The position numbers and the translations under genes are program-made. Shown piece by piece: positions 9,904 to 19,525 of a stretch of DNA of 64,000 nucleotides. Position 1 is the first letter of the stretch; each line of letters starts with the position of its first letter. The stretch covers positions 1,600,001 to 1,664,000 of the forward strand of contig CBDCXV010000011.1 of NCBI GenBank assembly GCA_965223905.1, written 5' to 3'. This stretch comes from Candidatus Latescibacterota bacterium (GTDB taxonomy: Bacteria; Latescibacterota; UBA2968; UBA8231). Below the pieces are notes generated by a model. It was given only the letters and a program-made list of their open reading frames with translations. It did not search any database and had not been told where the DNA came from.

Positions 9904-12578
9904 CACTCCAACCCCGCGTTCACGGTGAAGAACATCAGGTTCGCCCGCTCCCGCCGCCCGAGCTCGAACGCCCGCCGCGTCCACTGCATTCCGGTGCGCG
10001 TCACCACCCGGTATCCCTGGTAGGCGACCTGGTTGGTCAGCTGCACGACCACCGTCCAGGTGCGCAGGTCCTGGTCGATTTCCGCCCGCCTCCCCTTCAG
10101 CATCCACAGCTTCGACAGCTCGAGGCCGGCCTGCAGCCCGGTGTCGAAGATCTGCCGGCCGTAACGGGCGAAGTACGACGCCCGCGTCTGTTCGGCGAGC
10201 AGCGGCTGCGACCAGATCAGGAAGACCGTCTCCTCGACGCTGGCCGCCTTCTCCAGGCGGATCCGGTAGGGGCGGTCGAAGCGCAGCTCGCTCTTCCAGC
10301 GCGGCTGAAAGAACCCGAGGCCGACCGGCACCGACCACTCCGCCTTGTCGATGAGGCCGACGAAACCCGAGCGCCTGCGGGCCAGCCTGCGCGCCACGGC
10401 CTTGTCGCCGTCGCGCTGGAGGGCGATGTCCCACTTGAAGCGGTGCATCATGCGCAGGCCCTCGACGAGGCGGTGGCTGAGGTCGGCGTAGAAGGAGTTC
10501 TTCCAGGTGTTGCGCGCCGCCAGCGGATCCTCGACGTCCCGCATGCGCCCGATGGCGCCGACCGGCTGCACCCACTGCTGCAGGTCGTCGGGGACGTCGT
10601 CCCGGACCAGGGCGCCGAAGTCGAAGACCCGCACCTTCCCGAACCCGGACAGCTCCCGCTTCCAGGCCGCCATCCCGTAGAGCGCCCGGGTGTGCCCGTC
10701 GCCGGAGATCAGGCCGCTGTTCTGGCCGCCGACGAGGAGACTGCCGCCCCCTCCGGCCCGCACCTTCAGGTAGAGGTTGTAGCCGCGGTGATCCCTTCGG
10801 TACGGATAGTCGGGGAGGCGGTCGTTCTCGAACCGGTCGATGGTTCCGTTGTGGTTCATGTCGGTGCCGAAGAGGAACTCCGGGCGGTCCGACCGGTAGC
10901 GCAGGAACGGCTCGTCGTAGTCGGGGAACAGGTTGAGGTTCTGGTTGTGGTCGTGGATGAAGTCGCCGTTCTCGTCGTACCCCGGCCAGGCCACCTCCCG
11001 CGTCGAGCGCTGGAACGGCCGCTCCCACTCCGGGACGGCGTTGAAGTCGTCGTCGTCGTCGACGAACTCGTAGAGGTCCGCTATGCGCGCCTTGAAGCGG
11101 ATGGTGCCGTCGGACTGGGTTAGCCAGTAGGCGGTCGCGTAGGCGTCGTCGATGGAGAACAGCTCGGCGTACAGCTTCCACGGGAAGCGCTGATATGCGG
11201 CCTGGGCATAGCCGGCGCGCGCGTTGCGGGTCGCGTGGTGCTGGAGCCCCTCCTCGAGGTTGGGGTACTTGCCGTGACGCCGGTTCAGCACTGCCTCCCC
11301 CTGCAGCGACAGGCCGCCGAGGTCGACGACGTTGAAGTCGACGCCGATCAGCTCGTTCCCGGTCGGCAGCAGGTAGTCGAGCTTCAGCACCCTGCTGTTG
11401 CTGTTGTCGCGGACGTTGCCGCGGGCGCGGCTGACGGTGGTGAAGACCGGCTCGGCGTTGCGGACCTCGCCGTCGGTCTGCAGGTTGGAGGCCATCTCGA
11501 CCCGGTAGTCGTCGGCCACCGCCAGCTCGAAGCTGACGCGCTGCAGGTCGAGAGACTCCATCCCGTGCTCCTCGCCGAGGGAGGCGAGGTCGTACTCGAG
11601 CACCGCGGCCTCGCTACCGTCCGCGGCGATCGCCCCTTCGCGCAGCACCCCGCCCTTTATCCTCGGCACCAGGCCGATGTCCCGGCCCCGGTGCACGCGC
11701 CCCGACTGGTCGACGAGGATGATCTCGTGGCGGAACAGCGAGGCCCCCCCGCTCCCGTCTTCCGGGGAGTCGTCCCGCAGGCGCACCCACACCTTCTTCA
11801 GCGGCTGGTTCTGCTTCGTCGTCAGCGCCCCGTGCAGCGGGTTGCCGACGTTGAAGTCGACCTGCGTCTGGGCGTTGTGAGCGTTGACGTAGGTGACCCC
11901 CATGGCGACGGCGTCGAGGACGCGGAACGAGGTGTGGCCGCCGAACAGGTGGGTAGAGTTGCTGCGCCGCGCCTGGTCCGGGCTGCTGGGGCGCGACAGC
12001 AGCAGCGACGACTGGTGGCGGTCGGAGGCGACCTCGAGCCGCAGGCCGTTGAAGCGGGGCTTGTTGAAGGTGAGCGGCGTCAGGTGGGTGGAGATCTGGT
12101 CGCCGATCATCAGGCGGAACTGGTGGTCCCAGTGCCCCTCCGAGGCGATGACGAGGTTCTGGAAGATGCTGCCGTAGAAATCGGTGGCGCCCGGGTCGGA
12201 CGGCCTCTTGCGCAGGAAGCTGCCGTTGCGCAGCGACTGCTGCTGCTCCCAGGAGTAGACCAGCCAGCCGCGGCCGAGATGGTTGCCGAACGAGTCGTAC
12301 CACTCGTCCCCTTCGAGCCTGCGGTCGAGGTAGCGCTTGTAGAATTCGGTCGCGTAGCGGGTGTCGGTGGCGAACCACGGATAGCGGTGGTACTCCGGCA
12401 GGTGGATGGGGACGTAGTTCTTGTGGACCTCCGGGACGACGTTCTCCATGCCGAAGGAGGGGGCAAGGCCCCGGGGAAGGGCCGACGGCGTCGCCCCGGG
12501 AACGGCGCCCGGGTACTGGGCCCAGCAGAGCTGCACCGCGGCCCCGGCAACGGCGAAGGAGGCCAGCAGCCTGCCCAT
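9903..12578 (-). CDS. Large secreted hypothetical protein, probable outer-membrane beta-rich protein; paralog of 5225-7864
   Basis: Signal MGRLLASFAVAGAAVQLCWA-Q; shared blocks GWLVYSW, LTPLTFNKPRFNG, DDSPED, PDYDEPFLRY..DRPEFLFG.DMNHN; ends FFTVNAGLE. Confidence 0.8.
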   Translation of the reverse strand: MGRLLASFAVAGAAVQLCWAQYPGAVPGATPSALPRGLAPSFGMENVVPEVHKNYVPIHLPEYHRYPWFATDTRYATEFYKRYLDRRLEGDEWYDSFGNHLGRGWLVYSWEQQQSLRNGSFLRKRPSDPGATDFYGSIFQNLVIASEGHWDHQFRLMIGDQISTHLTPLTFNKPRFNGLRLEVASDRHQSSLLLSRPSSPDQARRSNSTHLFGGHTSFRVLDAVAMGVTYVNAHNAQTQVDFNVGNPLHGALTTKQNQPLKKVWVRLRDDSPEDGSGGASLFRHEIILVDQSGRVHRGRDIGLVPRIKGGVLREGAIAADGSEAAVLEYDLASLGEEHGMESLDLQRVSFELAVADDYRVEMASNLQTDGEVRNAEPVFTTVSRARGNVRDNSNSRVLKLDYLLPTGNELIGVDFNVVDLGGLSLQGEAVLNRRHGKYPNLEEGLQHHATRNARAGYAQAAYQRFPWKLYAELFSIDDAYATAYWLTQSDGTIRFKARIADLYEFVDDDDDFNAVPEWERPFQRSTREVAWPGYDENGDFIHDHNQNLNLFPDYDEPFLRYRSDRPEFLFGTDMNHNGTIDRFENDRLPDYPYRRDHRGYNLYLKVRAGGGGSLLVGGQNSGLISGDGHTRALYGMAAWKRELSGFGKVRVFDFGALVRDDVPDDLQQWVQPVGAIGRMRDVEDPLAARNTWKNSFYADLSHRLVEGLRMMHRFKWDIALQRDGDKAVARRLARRRSGFVGLIDKAEWSVPVGLGFFQPRWKSELRFDRPYRIRLEKAASVEETVFLIWSQPLLAEQTRASYFARYGRQIFDTGLQAGLELSKLWMLKGRRAEIDQDLRTWTVVVQLTNQVAYQGYRVVTRTGMQWTRRAFELGRRERANLMFFTVNAGLE

Positions 12579-12825
12579 CAGCGTCCGGTCCCGGAAGCGG
12601 ATCCCCTGAATCCTGTGGCCCCGGCCTCGGGCTCGCGAGCCATCCGGGCGAGGCGCACCGGGTGCGTACTGCCCTCCAAGGCAGGCCCGCGGGACGGGAT
12701 GGCGGGGAAGATCACCGATGGAACAGATGGAGTTGTTCTGGATTCTACCGCGATTCCGCCCATCACAATGAGCCGCACGAAGAAGGGGGAGATACTGTCG
12801 GGACAGGACACCCGTTCCCCCGCCA

Positions 12826-15468
12826 TCAGTACGCCACCCCGACCGCGGCCAGGGCCGATCCTGCGGCATCGGCATCGGTAGGGACGGCGACGCGCACGAG
12901 GTAGAGGCCGGGACCCACCCGCCTGCCCTCGTCGTCGCTGCCGTCCCATGCGACGGCGTGCTGCCCGCTGGGAATCTGCCGCACTCCCCCGAGGTCGCGG
13001 ACCTTGCGGCCGGACAGGTCGTACACCCCCACCTGCAGGTCGCGCTCCCCCTTGATCCGGAACACCGAGAACAGGATCCGGGTGCCCTCGTTGACGCCGT
13101 CGCCGTTCGGCGTGAACAGCGCCGGTTGCGCCCGTACCTGATCGAGGATGGGGGCGTCCTCGACGTCGGCGACCACCACCATCGACTCGCTGCGGACGTC
13201 GCCGACCGCGTCCCCTTCCGTGAAGGCCTGCACCACCCCGGGCCGCTGCGAGTTCAGCAGCTCCACGGTGAACGTGGTCCCGCTCAGGAACACCTTCGTC
13301 CGTATCTCCGCCCTGTAGAGCAGGGCGCCGCCGCTGACCCGGCGCGGCAGCTCGACGACCACCCCGCCCTCCTCCAGGGTCTCGATGCGGGCGCTGCCGG
13401 GCCACAGCGCCCTGCCGCGGCCGCCGCGCAGCTGCGCGGCGCTCCCGGACTGCAGCGACACCAGCTCGATCGGGGCCGCCGACGACGAGCGCAGCCGCAT
13501 GCGATCGAACCCGGAATCGCCGCTCTGGAACTCGGGGCGCAGGTAGATGGCGAACTCCTCCTCGGCCCCGGGGCGCACTCCCTGGTTCGGCCAGATCTCG
13601 GCGAAGGTCTGCTCGACGAGCGGCGCTTCCAGCCCCAGCTCGATACGCCGGATGCTCGCGGCGCGCAGCGGGTCGGCCGTAAACAGGCGCACCTGCAGCA
13701 TCAGCATGCGCCGCGGACTGGGGGACCTGAACGACTCCCCCTGGTCCCGGTAGGGCTCGCTCCAGGCACTCCAGCCTTCGCCGGTGAACTCCTCCGTGGT
13801 CGTGAATCCCCGGTTGCGCTCCGAGGTCTCCTCCCACTGCTCCTCGCTGATCTCGCGCCCGAACAGGTCGTAGTAGCGCTTGACCAGCAGCAGGTCGTCG
13901 CCGCTGCGGCTGCGCACCTCGAGACGCGTGCCCTCCGGCGCCTCCCCCTCCCAGTGGACCCCGGTGAAGATGCGCGACGTCCCCAGCTTGACGATGGGGG
14001 ATTCCAGAACGACTTCGGAGACGTGCCCCTCGCCGTACGCCTGCAGCTCGCTCAGGCTGCGGTTGATCTCGGTCCGCGCCCCGGAGAGCTCGAGCCGGCG
14101 CAGCTCGATCAGCCGCACCTCCCGCGGCGGGAATCGCTCCTCGAGCTGCAGGAACGCCTCCCTGTTGTGGCGCTCCTCGAAGTCCTCCCAGACGCGGTTG
14201 CCGTTCGGGTCGACGGAGCCGTCCGATACGCGCAGCTGGTAGGCGGTGAGGGCATCCTGGGCGCTGAGCAGGCGGATGCGGTCGATCCAGAACCTGGCGC
14301 CGAGGTCGACGAGCAACTGGTTGCGATTGCGCAGGGGGTCGTACAGGCGCAGCGGGTAGAAGGAGGAGTAGAGACCGTCGGTCGAAACGGTGAGGACGAT
14401 GTCCTCGAACAGGTCGGTGGCGCGGTTGCGCAGGCGCTGGGTCAACCCGACGGCGTTGTCCCCGAGAGCGATGACCTCGAGCTCGGCCACCCGCGGGCGC
14501 TCGTGCCGGTAGTGGCGGACCGGGCCCTGCTCCTCGGCCGGCAGCTCCTCCCAGGTTTCCTCCTCGACCAGGATCTCTCGGCCGGCGACGGTCTGGCGGA
14601 AATGCTCGACGGCCCCCTGGTCATGGGCCGACAGCAGGGCATACTCCTCAGCGGTGACCTCCTCGCCTCGCGGACCGTCGGTGTCGAGGGCCTCGAGCCA
14701 GACCATCTGCGCCACCTCGCCGGCGACGCCTGGAGGGAGCGGGCGCTGCCGCGGCACCTCGAACTCGAACTCCCGCTGCTCCTTGTTGCGGCGGGTCACC
14801 TGGGCGACGCGGTAGAACTCGGCGTCGTAGCGGGTCGCGGTGTTGGTGGTGGCGCGTCCGTTCGACAGCAGCACGCGGAACTTCAGGAAGGGGTCTCCGG
14901 CCCCTTCCCCGGCGAACTTCACCCGCACCCGGTCGGCGATCACCGCGCGCCCGAGGTCCACTTCCAGGAACCAGTTCCGCAGCGAGTCCGGATCCTCCGG
15001 CTCCCAGTAGGTAAGCGGGTCGCCGTCCATGACCAGCGCCGCGGTCTCCCGGCTGGTGCCGGCCTGGCGCACCCCCCCGACGACCGTATCCCCAATGGCG
15101 ATCACCTCGAAGTCGGTGGCGTTCAGCATGGCGTTGATGCGGCGCCGCAGGAATCTCGGCCTCACTTCCCCCTCCTCGATCAGGTGCCCCCCCACGGCCC
15201 CCTTCCAATCCCGCCAGTGGCCGTCCCCGCGCACGGTCAGGCGGTTCCCGGCGACGGTGTAGCCGCGCTGTGCATCGGTCGCGCCGGCGCCGAGAAAGAC
15301 CACGGAGAGCAGGATCCAATGGCGGAATCGGATGCCGAGGTTCACGGCTGAATTGTGCGGCCTTTTCGCGACCGCGGCGATCCTGTGCCGCCCTTTTGCC
15401 GGAATGCTCCGGTCCGGATGCTTCCCCGGGGAGGATAGCCGGCAGGTCCGTGGGCCGCGGCGGGTCAT
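12826..15468 (-). CDS. Secreted protein with C-terminal TPNGDG/FlgD Ig-like domain (alternative GTG start at 15345)
   Basis: Signal WILLSVVFLGAGATDA-Q; two discoidin-like repeats (VDLGR..ADRVRV, VDLGARFWIDRIRL); FTPNGDGVNE...WDGSDDEG..GPGLY. Confidence 0.82.
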   Translation of the reverse strand: MTRRGPRTCRLSSPGKHPDRSIPAKGRHRIAAVAKRPHNSAVNLGIRFRHWILLSVVFLGAGATDAQRGYTVAGNRLTVRGDGHWRDWKGAVGGHLIEEGEVRPRFLRRRINAMLNATDFEVIAIGDTVVGGVRQAGTSRETAALVMDGDPLTYWEPEDPDSLRNWFLEVDLGRAVIADRVRVKFAGEGAGDPFLKFRVLLSNGRATTNTATRYDAEFYRVAQVTRRNKEQREFEFEVPRQRPLPPGVAGEVAQMVWLEALDTDGPRGEEVTAEEYALLSAHDQGAVEHFRQTVAGREILVEEETWEELPAEEQGPVRHYRHERPRVAELEVIALGDNAVGLTQRLRNRATDLFEDIVLTVSTDGLYSSFYPLRLYDPLRNRNQLLVDLGARFWIDRIRLLSAQDALTAYQLRVSDGSVDPNGNRVWEDFEERHNREAFLQLEERFPPREVRLIELRRLELSGARTEINRSLSELQAYGEGHVSEVVLESPIVKLGTSRIFTGVHWEGEAPEGTRLEVRSRSGDDLLLVKRYYDLFGREISEEQWEETSERNRGFTTTEEFTGEGWSAWSEPYRDQGESFRSPSPRRMLMLQVRLFTADPLRAASIRRIELGLEAPLVEQTFAEIWPNQGVRPGAEEEFAIYLRPEFQSGDSGFDRMRLRSSSAAPIELVSLQSGSAAQLRGGRGRALWPGSARIETLEEGGVVVELPRRVSGGALLYRAEIRTKVFLSGTTFTVELLNSQRPGVVQAFTEGDAVGDVRSESMVVVADVEDAPILDQVRAQPALFTPNGDGVNEGTRILFSVFRIKGERDLQVGVYDLSGRKVRDLGGVRQIPSGQHAVAWDGSDDEGRRVGPGLYLVRVAVPTDADAAGSALAAVGVAY

Positions 15469-17393
15469 CAGTACACCACCGCCACGATCCCCTGCCGCAC
15501 CTCGGGATCGCCGTCCCCGCGCACCTGCAGCCGGTAGATGTAGGTCCCGGGCGCCACGAGCGCGCCGTCACTGCCGCGGCCGTCCCATACCTGCCTGTGG
15601 TTGCCGACCGGCTGCACCGCCTCGACAGCCGCCACCCGGCGCCCGCTGAGATCGAACAGCGACAGCTCCACCTGCGCCGGCCGGGTCACCGTCAGCAGGG
15701 AGTAGCCGATCCCGAGCCCGTCGTTGACGCCGTCCCCGTTGGGCGTCAGCACCGGATGATCGAGCCCGAAGTTGGCGAGCAGCGGGGCGCGTTCCCCCTC
15801 TTTCTCCAGGGTGACGACCAGCCCCTGCGCCGCGGTCTCGGCGTCGGCGTCGCCCGGAATCGCGAATTGGTACCCCGTCTCTTCCAACGTGATGGTTCCC
15901 TTCGTGACCCGCTTCTCGATGACGCGGTCGTCGAAAACGCGGATCCGGAACGCGGTCTTGTCGCGGTACACGGTGCCCCGGAAGAACACCTGGACGAACG
16001 ACCCGTCCTGCTCGACCGGGCGCAGCAGGTTGACGAGCATGCCCCCGGGGTGACGCCGGGAGGTGAAGGCGACGTTCCGGTCGTCGACCCGGACCTGCCG
16101 CACCCGCCGGATGTGGGCATCGGTCTCGATCAGGATGCGCTCGAAGCCGGTGTCGCTGCTGCGACCCCGGCTTCCGGAAGAGGAAATCTTCATGTGGGCC
16201 AGCATCGCCAGGGAGAACTCCGTCTCCACCCCCGCGGCCACCGTGTCGGGGCTCACCTCGGCGACGAGGCTGCGCACCAGCGGCGGACTGATCATCTCGA
16301 ACACCAGGCGGTCGAGACGCACCCCGGGGGTGAACAGGCGCACCCGGAACTGCATGAAACCCTTGAGGTTCGGGGAGCGCACTATTCCCTGCGACACCGG
16401 CTCCCAGCCGGTCCAGTTGGGGTTCGGGCGGATGGGTCCTCGCAGGTGAGGGTAAGCCCTCATGTACACCGCCCTGTCCTTTGCCCGGACGATCTCGTCC
16501 CCATCCTCCTCGAGAAGGAAATACCACTCCGGTTCCTTGTCGGGCCCCACCCGGGTATGGATCAGCACCGGGGAAGAATCGACCCCCCTGCCTTCGTAGC
16601 GGACAAGGCCGAACACCCTCGATCCCGACCGGATCGGCTTCGAGAGGAACTCCCCCGTCGGCAGCGAGCCGTCCCCGTAGACCTCGAGCTCGGCGATCTC
16701 CCAGGGCCGCTCGGAGGTCGCGGCGATGCGGACGAAGCGCACGTCCCGGGACTCGAACCGCTTCTCGACAACGGGCTGAAAGTTGGGCAGGGCAGGATAG
16801 AAGGAGAACAGCTCCTCGAACTCGCCGAGGACATACGAGGGGTGGGTGGCGACGGAGAACTCCTGCAGAAAGCGGCGCTGGTTGCGCGGGTCGAGGCGGG
16901 GAAAGAAGCGCAGCCGGTTGACGCGGAAAGTGCCGCCGAGGTCGAGGTAAATCGGTGTCGTCCGCCCGAAACCCTCCCTCCGGGACTGCCCGGAGATCAC
17001 GTCGGCGTCGTAATAGGTCAGCGGGTCGCCGTCGGCGAGCACCTCGGCGCCGGGGATCGATATCGCTGCCGGCCCCATGAACCCCCGGACGATCCGAATG
17101 ACCAACCCCCCTCGCCGACTCATGGTCAGGGAGAGGTTGGCGTCCGGCTCGACACCCCACATCCAGATGGAGTCCGCACCGACACCGATGAAGCGGGAGG
17201 CCTCAAGTTGCTTGTTCCAGCCGCCCTGCCGGGAGTTCAGGCCGACCACAAGGGAGTCGATGGCGCCGGCGGATTCGACCAGGACGAGGAGGAGAAGAAA
17301 AATGGATGCGGGAACCACCGGGGTGAACTTCAGGGCAAGGAGCGGGAATCGGACCGCAAGCGCATCGTACCTCTTTTCCTGCGCTGGGCTCAT
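15468..17393 (-). CDS. Secreted protein with C-terminal TPNGDG/FlgD Ig-like domain
   Basis: RBS GGAGG before ATG 17393; hydrophobic signal IFLLLLVLVESAGA; LDLGGTFRVNRLRFFPR; IAELEVYG; LTPNGDGVND...WDGRGSDG..PGTY. Confidence 0.82.
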   Translation of the reverse strand: MSPAQEKRYDALAVRFPLLALKFTPVVPASIFLLLLVLVESAGAIDSLVVGLNSRQGGWNKQLEASRFIGVGADSIWMWGVEPDANLSLTMSRRGGLVIRIVRGFMGPAAISIPGAEVLADGDPLTYYDADVISGQSRREGFGRTTPIYLDLGGTFRVNRLRFFPRLDPRNQRRFLQEFSVATHPSYVLGEFEELFSFYPALPNFQPVVEKRFESRDVRFVRIAATSERPWEIAELEVYGDGSLPTGEFLSKPIRSGSRVFGLVRYEGRGVDSSPVLIHTRVGPDKEPEWYFLLEEDGDEIVRAKDRAVYMRAYPHLRGPIRPNPNWTGWEPVSQGIVRSPNLKGFMQFRVRLFTPGVRLDRLVFEMISPPLVRSLVAEVSPDTVAAGVETEFSLAMLAHMKISSSGSRGRSSDTGFERILIETDAHIRRVRQVRVDDRNVAFTSRRHPGGMLVNLLRPVEQDGSFVQVFFRGTVYRDKTAFRIRVFDDRVIEKRVTKGTITLEETGYQFAIPGDADAETAAQGLVVTLEKEGERAPLLANFGLDHPVLTPNGDGVNDGLGIGYSLLTVTRPAQVELSLFDLSGRRVAAVEAVQPVGNHRQVWDGRGSDGALVAPGTYIYRLQVRGDGDPEVRQGIVAVVY

Positions 17394-17611
17394 TCCCGTT
17401 CCCTCCGCGGAGCGGGCCGAAAGGGGGCCGGCTCCAACCCAAAGGTTCACCTAAAAATCGCGGGTAATTTAGCGGAAACGAATACGCAAACCAACCTTGA
17501 AAAAAGATTTCCCAAGGACGGGATGTTCAGGACGTATTCTTTGTAAAAAAAACGGCTCATGGGTTCGACGTCCGGCTCCAATGCAATTCAGGATTGGATT
17601 TGCCCAAGACT

Positions 17612-18054
17612 CTAATCAATCATGGAAGCCTTGATTCGACCCCAGGAAACCGACTCCACCGCGCTGTCACCCGGGTGGGCAGGGTCGGCGGACAGCAGCA
17701 GCCCATCGAGAAATGTATCCGCCCGATGGAGAAACATGTTCCAGAGCGTGCGGTCGCTCTCGTCTGATCGCTGAACATCGAGCGCCCAATTACTCCACTC
17801 GATATCGCCAGGTGGGTCATGGTCAAAGACTACAATCGAAAAACCGATCACCTGTCCCGCGGCAAAATGGCTGACCACGCTCCCCTCGGGGTGGACCCAC
17901 GTTTCCCCCCAGCGGTCGAACGGGGTCACTTACATCTCGATCACCCAGAGGATCGGCGGTTCTCCGGCCACGCCGAGGTGAGCCTCCGCAGACAGCCCGA
18001 ATCCGAGGAGCAGAACGAGGGCGGCGGACAATTCCTTCTTGATACAACGGTTCA
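17612..18054 (-). pseudogene. Degraded secreted protein with C-terminal VESVSWGRIKAS motif
   Basis: Signal-like AALVLLLGFGLSAEA followed almost directly by C-terminal sequence (internal deletion); in-frame TAA at 17930-17932 (IEM*VTPFD). Confidence 0.65.
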
Positions 18055-18592
18055 CGAACTTTAAAAAACGGTTCACGAGTCCTTTACCTGTGGTCCGGAG
18101 ACCTGGAAATCCCACGCAGATTCCGGCCTGCTCACGTAAAGTATGAACCCTCTATGTCCTCTGCGGGGGCCGTTCGAGCGAGGGTTCGAACTGCCTGGTG
18201 GGGTGGAGGAGTGGTCGCGGAGGGGTTAGGGTGAACGCCTGGTAGAAACGGAGGGTGCTTGCCTGGGAGTAGAAGCGGGGGATAACGGCGACTACGGCGG
18301 TCAAGTCGAGGGTCATGCCTCAGAAGCAGTACTGCAGGCTTGTGGAAATTCATACCCCCAACTCCGCCTGACAGTGAAAAGGATCACCTCGGCTTCGCTT
18401 CGCCGACCTCCCAACCCCCGGCGCTTGCCGATGGTGACCAAGATGGGCAATCAGCATAATGGGGGGGAGAAATAGTCAAGGGTAAGGGTTTTTTTCATGG
18501 GCCGATGCCAACGAATGCAGAATGATCGATAACCCCGGGAGTGAAAGATCCCGCGGCTCGGACCAACTACACTACATGCGCGAGACCATCGA

Positions 18593-19365
18593 CTACTTGA
18601 GGTGGTTTCCGGTCGAAAGGCTGGCCTTGATACGGCCCCAGGAGACGCTTTCCACGGGGGTACCATCCGTACGGCCGTCTGCGCCCAGAAGAATCCCTTG
18701 CGCCCACAGGTTAGACTCGTAAGCCAACTTGTCCGGCTCGTCGAATGAGGCGTCCGGTCCGAGCAATACGTGGGCACGGTCGGCGAGGAGCGGCTTTGTC
18801 TCCGTGTCAGTGTCCATCATTGTCATAGCGAACCCTATCGTCTTTCCTTTGCTGTCGTTGCCATAATTTTTCGCAAAAGCGGAATATGTTTGTGCCTGTA
18901 CATTCGAACTTTCCTGAATCACCATACTAGCATCACCAAATTCCCGAACGGTCCCGCCACTCTTGTCGCCGTCGACGGCAAAGGACACGAATGCATCGAC
19001 GGCGGGCAACGGCAGAGGCCCATAGCGGTCGTACTCGGTTACGAGGACATCGTCCACGATTTCCGCGGCCACGAACAGGTGGTCGCCGGCATCGTGCAGG
19101 CCAGCCAGATGCGAAAGTCGAACGAGGAAGGATCGTACTCCCCACCTCCGTACGCCCATGGGGAAGTAACGAAATCCAAGGGGGTCAACGTCGGCTCCCC
19201 GAGGACCTCCGCCCAGTCTCCAACCGAACCGTCCTTGAGGTCGATTCGGGCCCGCATCTCGTCGGTCAGCTCGACAAACGGATACAGCCGATCCTGAAAT
19301 TGGGCTTCGAGGCGAAGTGCCGTCAGCAACAGGGGAAGGGCAATACCAAACGACAGGGGTTGCAT
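18593..19365 (-). pseudogene. Frameshifted secreted protein with C-terminal VESVSWGRIKAS motif
   Basis: Signal MQPLSFGIALPLLLTALRLEA-Q and IDLKDGSVGDW in one frame; continuation (HDAGDHLFVAAEIVDD..DGDKSGG..SWGRIKA) in another frame from about 19100. Confidence 0.7.
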
Positions 19366-19525
19366 ATGGGAATTCCTCCATTGATTATACCCGTGTGATC
19401 GGAACTGCGGTACTGAATCGAATCAAAAGAACATCGGCCATCCTCCCCCACGTAGCGACCGCGACCTGAATGCAGGTCGCCATTACGGCGCTGGTTCTTT
19501 AGAGAGCTTTTTTCGCTGAAAGTCG

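Noticed and set aside
18317-18457. Two in-frame TGA codons near Cys codons (possible selenoprotein), and TTGACT-15 nt-TATGCT with a C7 spacer just upstream
   Set aside because: No recognisable protein family or SECIS element; promoter spacing is suboptimal.
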